This document shows, one piece after another, positions 1 to 6,845 of a stretch of 24,922 nucleotides of DNA. Numbering within the stretch: position 1 is the stretch's first letter; each line of letters begins with the position of its first letter. The stretch is from a virus. Its lineage: Duplodnaviria; Caudoviricetes. A model generated the notes under the pieces. The model was not told the DNA's origin and did no database searches. It saw only the letters and a list, made by a program, of their open reading frames with translations. Position numbers and translations under genes: made by a program. The stretch lies in IMG/VR virus record IMGVR_UViG_3300029199_000025, positions 1 to 24,922 of that record; one strand, 5' to 3'.

Positions 1-16
1 ATGGGAGCGCTGCCGA

Positions 17-193
17 ATGACCGACTCCCCACTCGGCCGCGCCTGCCCTGACTGCGGCGAGCCCATGAGCAATATGCCAAGCCTGAACGCCCGCCAATGC
101 GCCACCGGATGTAAAGAGACATTCGCGTGGAACCTGGCACCCGGCCAGCTCCCCCTGATCGCAAACAACAGAGCAACGAGGAAGCCGCAATGA
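17..193 (+). CDS. small Zn-ribbon-like hypothetical protein (58 aa)
   Basis: Manual translation MTDSPLGRACPDCGEPM...RQCATGCKETFAW...RKPQ; CxxC and CxxxC pairs; GGGAG upstream; ATGA overlap with the next gene at 190-193. Below the ORF-track size cutoff. Confidence 0.7.
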   Translation: MTDSPLGRACPDCGEPMSNMPSLNARQCATGCKETFAWNLAPGQLPLIANNRATRKPQ

Positions 194-498
194 GCCACGA
201 ACACTACTTCATCGACGTTTCCGCCTATGACCGCGTGGACGTGTATCGGCTGATCGAGCTGGCTGGCATCACCTGCCCGGTGGCTCAGCACGTATTCAAG
301 AAGGCATTCGCCACTGGCAAGCGCGGCCACAAGGATCTGCGCCGCGACTGGCAGGACATTGCCGACAGCGCGGCTCGCCGGCTGCAGATGATCGACGAGG
401 ATGCCGGGTGGACGGATGGCGCTATTCGGGCCGCTGCATTCGGCCAGCAGAACACCATCGATTGCCGCACTCCTGAAGAGAAGGCGGAACTGGCATGA
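190..498 (+). CDS. phage hypothetical protein, loosely DUF3310-like (102 aa)
   Basis: Start reassigned to ATG 190 (ATGA coupling, GAGGA upstream); helical motif QHVFKKAFATGKRGHKDLRRDWQDI. Family call is tentative. Confidence 0.7.
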   Translation: MSHEHYFIDVSAYDRVDVYRLIELAGITCPVAQHVFKKAFATGKRGHKDLRRDWQDIADSAARRLQMIDEDAGWTDGAIRAAAFGQQNTIDCRTPEEKAELA

Positions 499-767
499 AG
501 CCCTCTCGAATCGACGTGATAGGACAGAACGGAAATGACGGCGAGCACTACGACGGCCTCGGCCGGGAATGGCTCATTCAATCTGGCCTGCTGCCCGCCA
601 TCGGAGCGGATGAAGATCGAGGCGCAGAAGCACGGCTATCTGATCCTGCACAAGCTCAAGGGTATGACCGGGCCAGCACGGCAGGCGAGGGGGCGCGAGC
701 TGATGGATCGTGTGCCCGAAACTGTGCGGCCTGCGGTTGCCGAGTGGCTGAAGGCGAGGGCCGGTAA
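495..767 (+). CDS. hypothetical protein (90 aa); competes with 535-771
   Basis: ATGA-coupled to the upstream stop, AAGGCGG upstream; N-terminus IDVIGQNGNDGEHY looks protein-like; TAA abuts ATG 768; C-terminal half looks like off-frame sequence. Confidence 0.4.
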   Translation: MKPSRIDVIGQNGNDGEHYDGLGREWLIQSGLLPAIGADEDRGAEARLSDPAQAQGYDRASTAGEGARADGSCARNCAACGCRVAEGEGR

Positions 768-771
768 ATGA
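535..771 (+). CDS. hypothetical helical protein (78 aa)
   Basis: GC3-rich codons and amphipathic helical sequence in the 3' two thirds (KIEAQKHGYLILHKLKG...VAEWLKARAGK); stop overlaps next start (ATGA 768-771). Confidence 0.6.
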   Translation: MTASTTTASAGNGSFNLACCPPSERMKIEAQKHGYLILHKLKGMTGPARQARGRELMDRVPETVRPAVAEWLKARAGK

Positions 772-1712
772 CTTTCCCGATCCGTAAAGCCTCAGCCCAA
801 ACCACGGTCAAGCCGGTGAAAAGTGCTGGATCGGGAAAATCCTCTGCGATTGCCCTACGTGAGCGCAAGAAACCAACACCAAATAAGGCTTGCGAAAAGT
901 GTCAGACGCCTTTCTACGCGGCACCGTCGCATGTACTCAAGGGGTGGGGGCGCTTCTGCAGCAAGACTTGCTCAAGTTCTGGAGAGGCAAACCATCGCTT
1001 TAAGAAGAATGATGCTGTCTGCAAGTGCTGCGGATCAGCGTTCCACGTAAAGCCGTCCCGCCAGAAGAGAGGCAAGGCTCGCGTCTATTGCTCCGATGAG
1101 TGCCGGAAGAAGGCCCAGGTATCAAGCAAGACATGTCCCTCGTGCCAAGTCGCTTTTGATGTGCCTGCATCCCATGCGCATAAGCGCAAGTTCTGCTCTG
1201 CGGAGTGCCAGAAAAAATCATTTCGAAACAGCACGCCAAACAGGGTGTGCGTCACCTGCTGCGCCCCGTTCTTCATAAAGGAGTCCGATTTGAAACGTGT
1301 AGCCGATGCCGGAACGTTTTGCTCCGTGGAATGCATGACTCGGAGCCGAGGGAAAATCAGGCTGGAAGACGGGAAGTATGCGTCTCACCTTGAGCGTGAC
1401 CTCTACCAGATGCTGAAGGAGGAGGGGCTTTTAGTTGGCGCTGTTCGTGAATACAAGTTCCACCCAAACCGGAGGTGGCTGTTTGACTTCGCATGGCCTG
1501 AGATGAAGGTAGCGGTAGAGATTCACGGGGGAATTTGGTCTGGCGGAAGGGGCGGGCATACGTCAGGAAAGGGCAGGTTGCGCGACATGGAGAAGATGAA
1601 CGAAGCAACCATGCTTGGCTGGCTAGTTCTTGAGGTTGCATCAAACCACCTAAGAGACAAAAGCGTAATTGATTGGGTGCGGAAGCTTATAGAGCTGAGG
1701 GTTGCCGCATGA
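768..1712 (+). CDS. endonuclease with four Cys4 Zn-finger repeats and a C-terminal Vsr/DUF559-like PD-(D/E)XK domain (314 aa)
   Basis: Four repeats CxxC-x3-F-xn-[FY]CSxxC at 891-1334; nuclease motif REYKFHPNRRWLFDFAWPEMKVAVEIHGGIW...GH...EKMNEATMLGWLVLEV. Confidence 0.85.
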   Translation: MTFPIRKASAQTTVKPVKSAGSGKSSAIALRERKKPTPNKACEKCQTPFYAAPSHVLKGWGRFCSKTCSSSGEANHRFKKNDAVCKCCGSAFHVKPSRQKRGKARVYCSDECRKKAQVSSKTCPSCQVAFDVPASHAHKRKFCSAECQKKSFRNSTPNRVCVTCCAPFFIKESDLKRVADAGTFCSVECMTRSRGKIRLEDGKYASHLERDLYQMLKEEGLLVGAVREYKFHPNRRWLFDFAWPEMKVAVEIHGGIWSGGRGGHTSGKGRLRDMEKMNEATMLGWLVLEVASNHLRDKSVIDWVRKLIELRVAA

Positions 1713-1801
1713 CCAGTCACCGCTGCGACCCCGCCATGATCAAGAGCGGGCGCGCGATCGAGACAATCCGAATTCTGATGCAGCAGGGGAGAGCGGCCTA
1801 A
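1709..1801 (+). pseudogene. 30-aa mini-ORF, probable 3' remnant of a displaced resident nuclease gene
   Basis: MTSHRCDPAMIKSGRAIETIRILMQQGRAA; last 26 aa align without gaps to the last 26 aa of 768-1712; coupled on both sides (ATGA 1709-1712, TAATG 1799-1803). Confidence 0.65.
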
Positions 1802-2937
1802 TGGCAGCACGTAAGCACGACGACGAGACAATCAAGGCCGCGCTGGCGGGCCGCACTGTGGCAGAGGCTGCGCAGATCCTTGGGCTGCACGAGCGCAACG
1901 TCTACACCCACAAGGCGCGTCTGGCTCGTCAGGGGTGGAGCCCGGAGCACGACATGGTGAAGACGGTGCCGGATGGCTTCCATCTCAAGGGCACGTCGAC
2001 GCTGTACGGCAAGGACGGCGAGCAGAAACTGCAGTGGGTCAAGTCAAACATCGATCACGAGCGCCAAGCCGAACTGATGAAGGAGGCGGTCAAGGCGCTG
2101 GCCCTCGACATCAAGCCAGCCAAGGCGCTGCCGGCTCCGCTGCACACGCTTGCGCACCTGCTCAACTGCTACGTCATCACCGACTACCACCTTGGCATGA
2201 ACGCCTGGGCGGAGGAGACGGGCGCAGCATGGGATATGAAGATCGCCGAGGACACGCTGGTCGGCTGGTTTGGTGCTGCCATCGCTCAGGCGCCTGACTC
2301 CCATACTGGCGTATTCGCACAGCTCGGGGATCTGCTGCACTGGGACGGAATCCAGGCGGTTACGCCAACTTCCGGCCATGTCCTTGACGCCGATACCCGC
2401 TTCCAGAAACTGGTGCGCGTGGCCATCAGCGTAATCCGTCGCGTGACGGCCATGCTGTTGCAGAAGCACGAGCGCGTCGTTCTCCTGATGGCTGAGGGCA
2501 ACCATGACCTGGCATCGAGCGCTTGGCTGCGTGAGCTGTTCGCAGCCCTGTACGCCGATGAGCCCCGCATTGAGGTCATCACCCGGCCGGATCCGTACTA
2601 CTGCATTGAGCACGGCCGCACGTCGCTGTTCTTCCACCACGGCCACAAGAAGCGGATGGACTCCCTTGAGACGGTGTTCATCGCCAAGTTCCGCGAGGTC
2701 TTCGGCCGTACCAGGCACAGCTATGCGCACACCGGCCACCTGCACCACAACGTCCTGCGCGAGACGAACACCATGCAGATCGAGCAGCACCGCACCCTGG
2801 CCGCGCCAGACAGTCACGCGAGCCGCGGCGGGTGGATGAGTGGGCGAGACGCCAAGGTCATCACCTACCACGCCGAGCACGGCGAAGTGGGGCGCATCAT
2901 CGTTTCGGCCGACATGGTTAAGGGAGCAGCAGCATGA
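1801..2937 (+). CDS. N-terminal HTH plus calcineurin-like metallophosphoesterase (378 aa)
   Basis: Start reassigned to ATG 1801 (GGGGAG upstream, TAATG coupling); HTH TVAEAAQILGLHERNVYTH; motifs DYH, GDLLHWDG, GNHD, HHGH, GHLH. Confidence 0.85.
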   Translation: MAARKHDDETIKAALAGRTVAEAAQILGLHERNVYTHKARLARQGWSPEHDMVKTVPDGFHLKGTSTLYGKDGEQKLQWVKSNIDHERQAELMKEAVKALALDIKPAKALPAPLHTLAHLLNCYVITDYHLGMNAWAEETGAAWDMKIAEDTLVGWFGAAIAQAPDSHTGVFAQLGDLLHWDGIQAVTPTSGHVLDADTRFQKLVRVAISVIRRVTAMLLQKHERVVLLMAEGNHDLASSAWLRELFAALYADEPRIEVITRPDPYYCIEHGRTSLFFHHGHKKRMDSLETVFIAKFREVFGRTRHSYAHTGHLHHNVLRETNTMQIEQHRTLAAPDSHASRGGWMSGRDAKVITYHAEHGEVGRIIVSADMVKGAAA

Positions 2938-3524
2938 AGATGAACAGCGCGCGTCAACTCTGGCATGACGCCTACTACCAGCGCCGGGAATCGACTACCT
3001 CCTACGCCCTCGAGGTGGGAATGCTGCAGGCCAGCATCCAGAAGACCGAGAAGGACCGACGCACCGACGTGGCGCTCGATCAGGCGCTGTGCGGAATGGT
3101 CCAGTCGGTGATCGGTACGCTGCCGGCCAGCCTGCAGTGCTTCGGCCACTGGATGTACTCGCCGCTGGCCGAAGACGACCACCGGGAGATTGCCGAGGAG
3201 CTGGTGTTCGCGATGGCAGCCACCAAGCTGCCGCGTATGACCGAAGCCAAGCGCGAGAAGGCGCAGTACGTCGCCAAGGGCGTTCTCTACCGGTACCGCC
3301 GCCAGCATCAGGGTGGGCAAAGCTCGACGCCTGACCCGCTGCCGACCCCTGAGACCTTCCGCGCCTGGCTCTTCGACGAGTACGGCGTGCGCCTCTGCAG
3401 CGAGAACTGGACCCGTGAGTGGGAGTCACACATCGACGCCTTCTTCCAGGCCTGCAATGACATGGACAAAGCCGCGCTGGCACCGGTTTCTGGCCTGTTG
3501 TACCAGTGGAAGGATGCGGCTTGA
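2934..3524 (+). CDS. putative late-gene regulator / Q-like antiterminator (196 aa)
   Basis: AAGGGAG RBS, ATGA coupling; last gene of the nin-like block directly before promoter, tRNAs, terminator and lysis/head genes. Function inferred from position. Confidence 0.55.
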   Translation: MKMNSARQLWHDAYYQRRESTTSYALEVGMLQASIQKTEKDRRTDVALDQALCGMVQSVIGTLPASLQCFGHWMYSPLAEDDHREIAEELVFAMAATKLPRMTEAKREKAQYVAKGVLYRYRRQHQGGQSSTPDPLPTPETFRAWLFDEYGVRLCSENWTREWESHIDAFFQACNDMDKAALAPVSGLLYQWKDAA

Positions 3525-3541
3525 ATGGTGAGAAAAAGTCC

Positions 3542-3570
3542 TTGCATTCCCGTGCGGCTAGTAGGATCAT
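3542..3570 (+). promoter_or_regulatory. putative sigma70 late promoter (pR'-like)
   Basis: TTGCAT-17 bp-GATCAT just after the Q-like gene; predicted +1 near A3577, the first base of a leader hairpin. The -10 is non-consensus. Confidence 0.45.
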
Positions 3571-3576
3571 TTCTCC

Positions 3577-3612
3577 ATGCTGTGATTCCTTCGCCTGATG
3601 GGATTGCAGCAT
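3577..3612 (+). promoter_or_regulatory. 5' leader hairpin of the late/tRNA transcript
   Basis: ATGCTGTGATTCC pairs with GGGATTGCAGCAT (13 bp including three G-U pairs), followed by CGTTT. Confidence 0.5.
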
Positions 3613-3616
3613 CGTT

Positions 3617-3691
3617 TGGCAAGTAGCACAGCGGTAGTGCTCCCGGCTGTTAACCGGGCGGTCGTTGGTTCGAATCCAGCCTTGCCAGCCA
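3617..3691 (+). tRNA. tRNA-Asn(GTT)
   Basis: Cloverleaf: acceptor TGGCAAG/CTTGCCA, D stem GCAC/GTGC, anticodon arm CCCGG-CTGTTAA-CCGGG, T loop TTCGAAT, G73, encoded CCA. Confidence 0.95.
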
Positions 3692-3696
3692 ATCAA

Positions 3697-3772
3697 GCCG
3701 CTATAGCTCAGTAGGTAGAGCGCCTGCCTTGTAAGCAGGATGCCAAGGGTTCGATTCCTTTTGGCGGCACCA
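3697..3772 (+). tRNA. tRNA-Thr(TGT)
   Basis: Acceptor GCCGCTA/TGGCGGC, D stem GCTC/GAGC, anticodon arm CCTGC-CTTGTAA-GCAGG, T loop TTCGATT, encoded CCA. Confidence 0.95.
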
Positions 3773-3775
3773 AGC

Positions 3776-3850
3776 GTCCAGGTGGTGTAACGGCAACATG
3801 CCGGCCTCCAAAGCCGTGTGATCTGGGTTCGAATCCTAGCCTCGACGCCA
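3776..3850 (+). tRNA. tRNA-Trp(CCA), atypical (C4:C69 and C27:U43 mismatches)
   Basis: Acceptor GTCCAGG/CCTCGAC, D stem GTGT/ACAT, anticodon arm CGGC-CTCCAAA-GCCG, T arm CTGGG-TTCGAAT-CCTAG, G73, encoded CCA. Confidence 0.85.
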
Positions 3851-3857
3851 ATTCAAG

Positions 3858-3883
3858 AAACCGACCACTGAGTCGGTTTTTTT
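3858..3883 (+). terminator. intrinsic terminator after the tRNA cluster
   Basis: AAACCGAC-CACTGA-GTCGGTTT with the T run continuing to 7 T. Confidence 0.85.
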
Positions 3884-3884
3884 A

Positions 3885-4044
3885 TGCCGATTAGAAAGCC
3901 AATCCGCGCTTCAGTCGGCAATGAAATACCAGTTTAGGGCGCTAAAGGCCGTTTGAATGGCTCGCCACCATGCGCCCAACCCTCTTCCGGCCCCATGCCT
4001 GCCTCCTTGCTCATAGGCGGATCGCACGCGCATGTGAGGCCGGA
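3885..4044 (+). other. three consecutive predicted stem-loops in the leader of the lysis genes
   Basis: TGCCGATT/AGTCGGCA (3885-3920); GGGCGC/GCGCCC with inner stem (3937-3977); TCCGGCC/GGCCGGA, CATGC/GCATG and CTGCCT/AGGCGG (3986-4044). Confidence 0.5.
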
Positions 4045-4067
4045 CCAATCACCAACGAGACTCCACT

Positions 4068-4382
4068 ATGACCGACAGCCATGAGGGCAGGACAGTGCAT
4101 GAGCGAGTCGGCGCCCTGGAGCAAGAGGCGGCCGTCACTCGGCATCGCCTGGACAGATTCGACCGCGACCACGCGCAGTCACCCAACCGCCTGACCAAGC
4201 TCGAGCAGCAGTTCGAGCACATGACCCGCCAGCTCACCGCGATCGGAGAGAGTCAGGACGAGGTAGCCGGGAAGGTGGACACGCTGAGCAACAAGCTCAC
4301 CTATGGCATTGGCGCCGGCGTGGTGCTAGTTGCCGTGTTCGACAAGCTGTGGCCGTTCCTGGCCAAGGGGTTTGGCTCATGA
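4068..4382 (+). CDS. coiled-coil protein with C-terminal membrane anchor (XhlA/holin-associated type, 104 aa)
   Basis: Heptad-rich N-terminus (RLTKLEQQFEHMTRQL), one TM YGIGAGVVLVAVF...LWPFL; first gene of the late operon. Confidence 0.7.
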   Translation: MTDSHEGRTVHERVGALEQEAAVTRHRLDRFDRDHAQSPNRLTKLEQQFEHMTRQLTAIGESQDEVAGKVDTLSNKLTYGIGAGVVLVAVFDKLWPFLAKGFGS

Positions 4383-4591
4383 ACCTAATCCCCGAATGGC
4401 GCAAGTGCTGGCGTCTCACCAGTGTGCAGCTCGCCATCCTCACCGCAGTGCTCAACGCAGCAGCCGGCGCATGGGTAGCGTTCGAAGGCCACATCAGCCC
4501 CGTCGCATGGGCCAGCGTGAACATGGTCCTCGGCGTGGCTATGGCTATCGCCCGGGTGGTGTCGCAGCCGAAGGTGACTGGCAATGAGTGA
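4379..4591 (+). CDS. putative holin, two TM helices (70 aa)
   Basis: Start at ATG 4379 (ATGA coupling); MNLIPEWRKCWRLTSVQLA... two hydrophobic helices ...IARVVSQPK. Confidence 0.75.
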   Translation: MNLIPEWRKCWRLTSVQLAILTAVLNAAAGAWVAFEGHISPVAWASVNMVLGVAMAIARVVSQPKVTGNE

Positions 4592-4667
4592 AGAATACGA
4601 CGGCCTTATCGACGGATGGGAAGACTACGTCGGGTTCGGCGAGAGCGTGAGCATCGAGACGATATGA
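4584..4667 (+). CDS. acidic 27-aa mini-protein
   Basis: MSEEYDGLIDGWEDYVGFGESVSIETI; AAGGTG RBS; 8-nt overlap with the holin stop and ATGA overlap with the next gene; GC3-rich codons. Confidence 0.5.
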   Translation: MSEEYDGLIDGWEDYVGFGESVSIETI

Positions 4668-4930
4668 AACGCCTCCACGCCACCCTGATCCTGATATGCC
4701 TCGCAGCCTGTGTCGCTTTGATGATCGGGAGAGATGTGTGGATGTATTGGCGCAAACAACTTAGGAGTCCGCATGAGCACATCGTTCACGCCATAGGCGT
4801 TGAGCACGAGATCACCGCGCACACCTACACGCTTGGGTCTGATGGGCTGAAGTTCATCGGTTCCGATGGCGTCACCGTTGCGATCTTCACATCCTTCGAC
4901 TGGATGAAGCTGATTCCAGCATCCGCATAG
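4664..4930 (+). CDS. hypothetical membrane-anchored protein (88 aa), possibly a frameshift fusion of two genes
   Basis: MKRLHATLILICLAACVALMIG hydrophobic N-terminus then a beta-rich tail; internal AGGAG plus out-of-frame ATG at 4773. Confidence 0.55.
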   Translation: MKRLHATLILICLAACVALMIGRDVWMYWRKQLRSPHEHIVHAIGVEHEITAHTYTLGSDGLKFIGSDGVTVAIFTSFDWMKLIPASA

Positions 4931-4940
4931 AGAAAACACC

Positions 4941-5378
4941 ATGGCACGCCCAAGTAAGTACAAGGCTGAGTTCGCCGAGCAGGCGAGAAAGCTGTGCAAG
5001 CTTGGCGCTACCGATCAGGAATTGGCCGATTTCTTTGAGGTGGCGCTGAGCACGCTGAACCTCTGGAAGATCCAGCATCCTGAGTTTTCGGAGTCCCTAA
5101 AGCTCGGCAAGGATGTGGCCGATGAGCGTGTTGCCAATGCTCTGTATCAGCGAGCAATGGGCTACAGCCATCCGGACACTGATATCCGCGTCATTGAGGG
5201 CGCGATTGTCGAGACCCCGTTGATCAAGCATTACCCGCCAGACACAACTGCCGCGATCTTCTGGCTGAAGAACCGTCGTCCTGATGAGTGGCGCGATCGA
5301 CAGGAGGTTGCGCATGACGTCGTCGGCAGCCTCGCAGATCGGATGGCCAAAGCCCGTGAACGCCAAAAGCAGGAATGA
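4941..5378 (+). CDS. terS: terminase small subunit
   Basis: MARPSKY N-terminus, HTH (GATDQELADFFEVALSTLNLWK), PPDTTAAIFWLKNR motif; directly upstream of TerL. Confidence 0.92.
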   Translation: MARPSKYKAEFAEQARKLCKLGATDQELADFFEVALSTLNLWKIQHPEFSESLKLGKDVADERVANALYQRAMGYSHPDTDIRVIEGAIVETPLIKHYPPDTTAAIFWLKNRRPDEWRDRQEVAHDVVGSLADRMAKARERQKQE

Positions 5379-6840
5379 CCTAGAGCTCCAGCTGATTGAC
5401 GACATTGCAGGTTTTACGCACGACCCTCAGGGCTTTGCCATGTACGCCTTCCCTTGGGGCGAAGGTGAGCTTGCAGGCGTTGAGCGTCCTCGCGACTGGC
5501 AGTGGGAGACGATGGGCGTCATTGGCGGCCACCTGAACAATCCAGAGACGCGCTTCCAGCCGTTGATGATCTCGGTCGCGTCCGGTCACGGTATCGGCAA
5601 ATCAGCCGAGATGGGCATGATCCTGAACTGGGCCATGTCCACCTGTGAGGACTGCAAGGTCGTCGTCACGGCCAACACCGAGAACCAGCTGCGGACGAAG
5701 ACCTGGCCGGAGATCGGCAAGTGGTTCCGCCTGGCGATCAATAAGCACTGGTTCAACGTAACCGCGACGAAGGTTGCCTCGGTTGACCCTGAGCACACTG
5801 ACAGCTGGAAGGCTGACGCGGTGCCTTGGAGCGAGCACAACACCGAAGCATTCGCCGGCTTGCACAACAAGGGCAAGCGGATCGTCCTGATCTTCGACGA
5901 GGCCTCGAACATTGCCGACAAAGTGTGGGAGGTGGCCGAGGGTGCGCTGACTGACGAAGACACCGAGATCATCTGGCTGGCCTTCGGCAACCCGACGCGC
6001 AACACCGGGCGTTTCCGTGAGTGCTTCACACGCTACAAGCACCGCTGGGTCACCAAGCAGGTTGACTCGCGCACGGTTGACGGCACCAACAAGGCGCAGA
6101 TCGCCAAGTGGGCCGAGGACTACGGCGAAGATTCCGATTTCTTCCGTGTGCGTGTCCGCGGCATGTTCCCGAGGGCGTCCGACTTGCAGCTGATACCGAC
6201 TGACTGGGTGGCTGAGGCAATGCGGCGCGAGGCTGTATTCGGTCTGTCTGATGCGCTGGTGTGTGGCATCGACATCGCACGTGGTGGCGCTGACAACAAC
6301 GTGATCCGGTTCCGGCGCGGGCTTGATGCTCGAACCATTCCGCCGATCCGCATCCCTGGCAGCGAAACGCGCGACACGACGCTTTTCATCGCTCGAGTGT
6401 GCACGGCGGTGCAGGACCACAAGCCCGACGCTGTATTCGTCGACTCGACCGGTGTTGGCGGGCCTGTGGCTGACCAGCTGCGGCGCCTTATGCCTGGAAT
6501 CCCGATCATTGACGTGAACTTCGCCAGCGCGGCGCCTGATGGCCACTACGCGAATATGCGGACGTACATCTGGTGGAAGTTGCGCGAGGCGTTGCGTGCC
6601 GGCCTGGCAATCGAGGAAGACCCAGACCTTGAGGCTGAGCTCACCTCGCCCGAGTACACGCACAACCAGCGTGACCAGATCGCCCTGGAGAAGAAGGCGG
6701 ACATCAAGAAGCGCCTCGGCATCAGCCCTGACGACGCTGACGCCTTGGCCCTGACCTTCACATTCCCCGTCCAGAAATCACAGCACACGCATGAGCAGGG
6801 CACGGCTCTGCTCAGCGACTACGACCCGTTTGCGAGGTAG
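5356..6840 (+). CDS. terL: terminase large subunit (about 494 aa)
   Basis: Walker A SGHGIGKS, Walker B VLIFDEAS, GNP motif, RNase H-like GIDIARGGADNNV and SPDDADALAL; start placed at GTG 5356 (uncertain). Confidence 0.95.
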   Translation: MNAKSRNDLELQLIDDIAGFTHDPQGFAMYAFPWGEGELAGVERPRDWQWETMGVIGGHLNNPETRFQPLMISVASGHGIGKSAEMGMILNWAMSTCEDCKVVVTANTENQLRTKTWPEIGKWFRLAINKHWFNVTATKVASVDPEHTDSWKADAVPWSEHNTEAFAGLHNKGKRIVLIFDEASNIADKVWEVAEGALTDEDTEIIWLAFGNPTRNTGRFRECFTRYKHRWVTKQVDSRTVDGTNKAQIAKWAEDYGEDSDFFRVRVRGMFPRASDLQLIPTDWVAEAMRREAVFGLSDALVCGIDIARGGADNNVIRFRRGLDARTIPPIRIPGSETRDTTLFIARVCTAVQDHKPDAVFVDSTGVGGPVADQLRRLMPGIPIIDVNFASAAPDGHYANMRTYIWWKLREALRAGLAIEEDPDLEAELTSPEYTHNQRDQIALEKKADIKKRLGISPDDADALALTFTFPVQKSQHTHEQGTALLSDYDPFAR

Positions 6841-6845
6841 AAACA

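Noticed and set aside
3774-3850. Reading the third tRNA as Gly(TCC) or starting at G3774
   Set aside because: The 7-nt loop CTCCAAA centres on CCA, and arm spacing fits a start at G3776 with G73-CCA.
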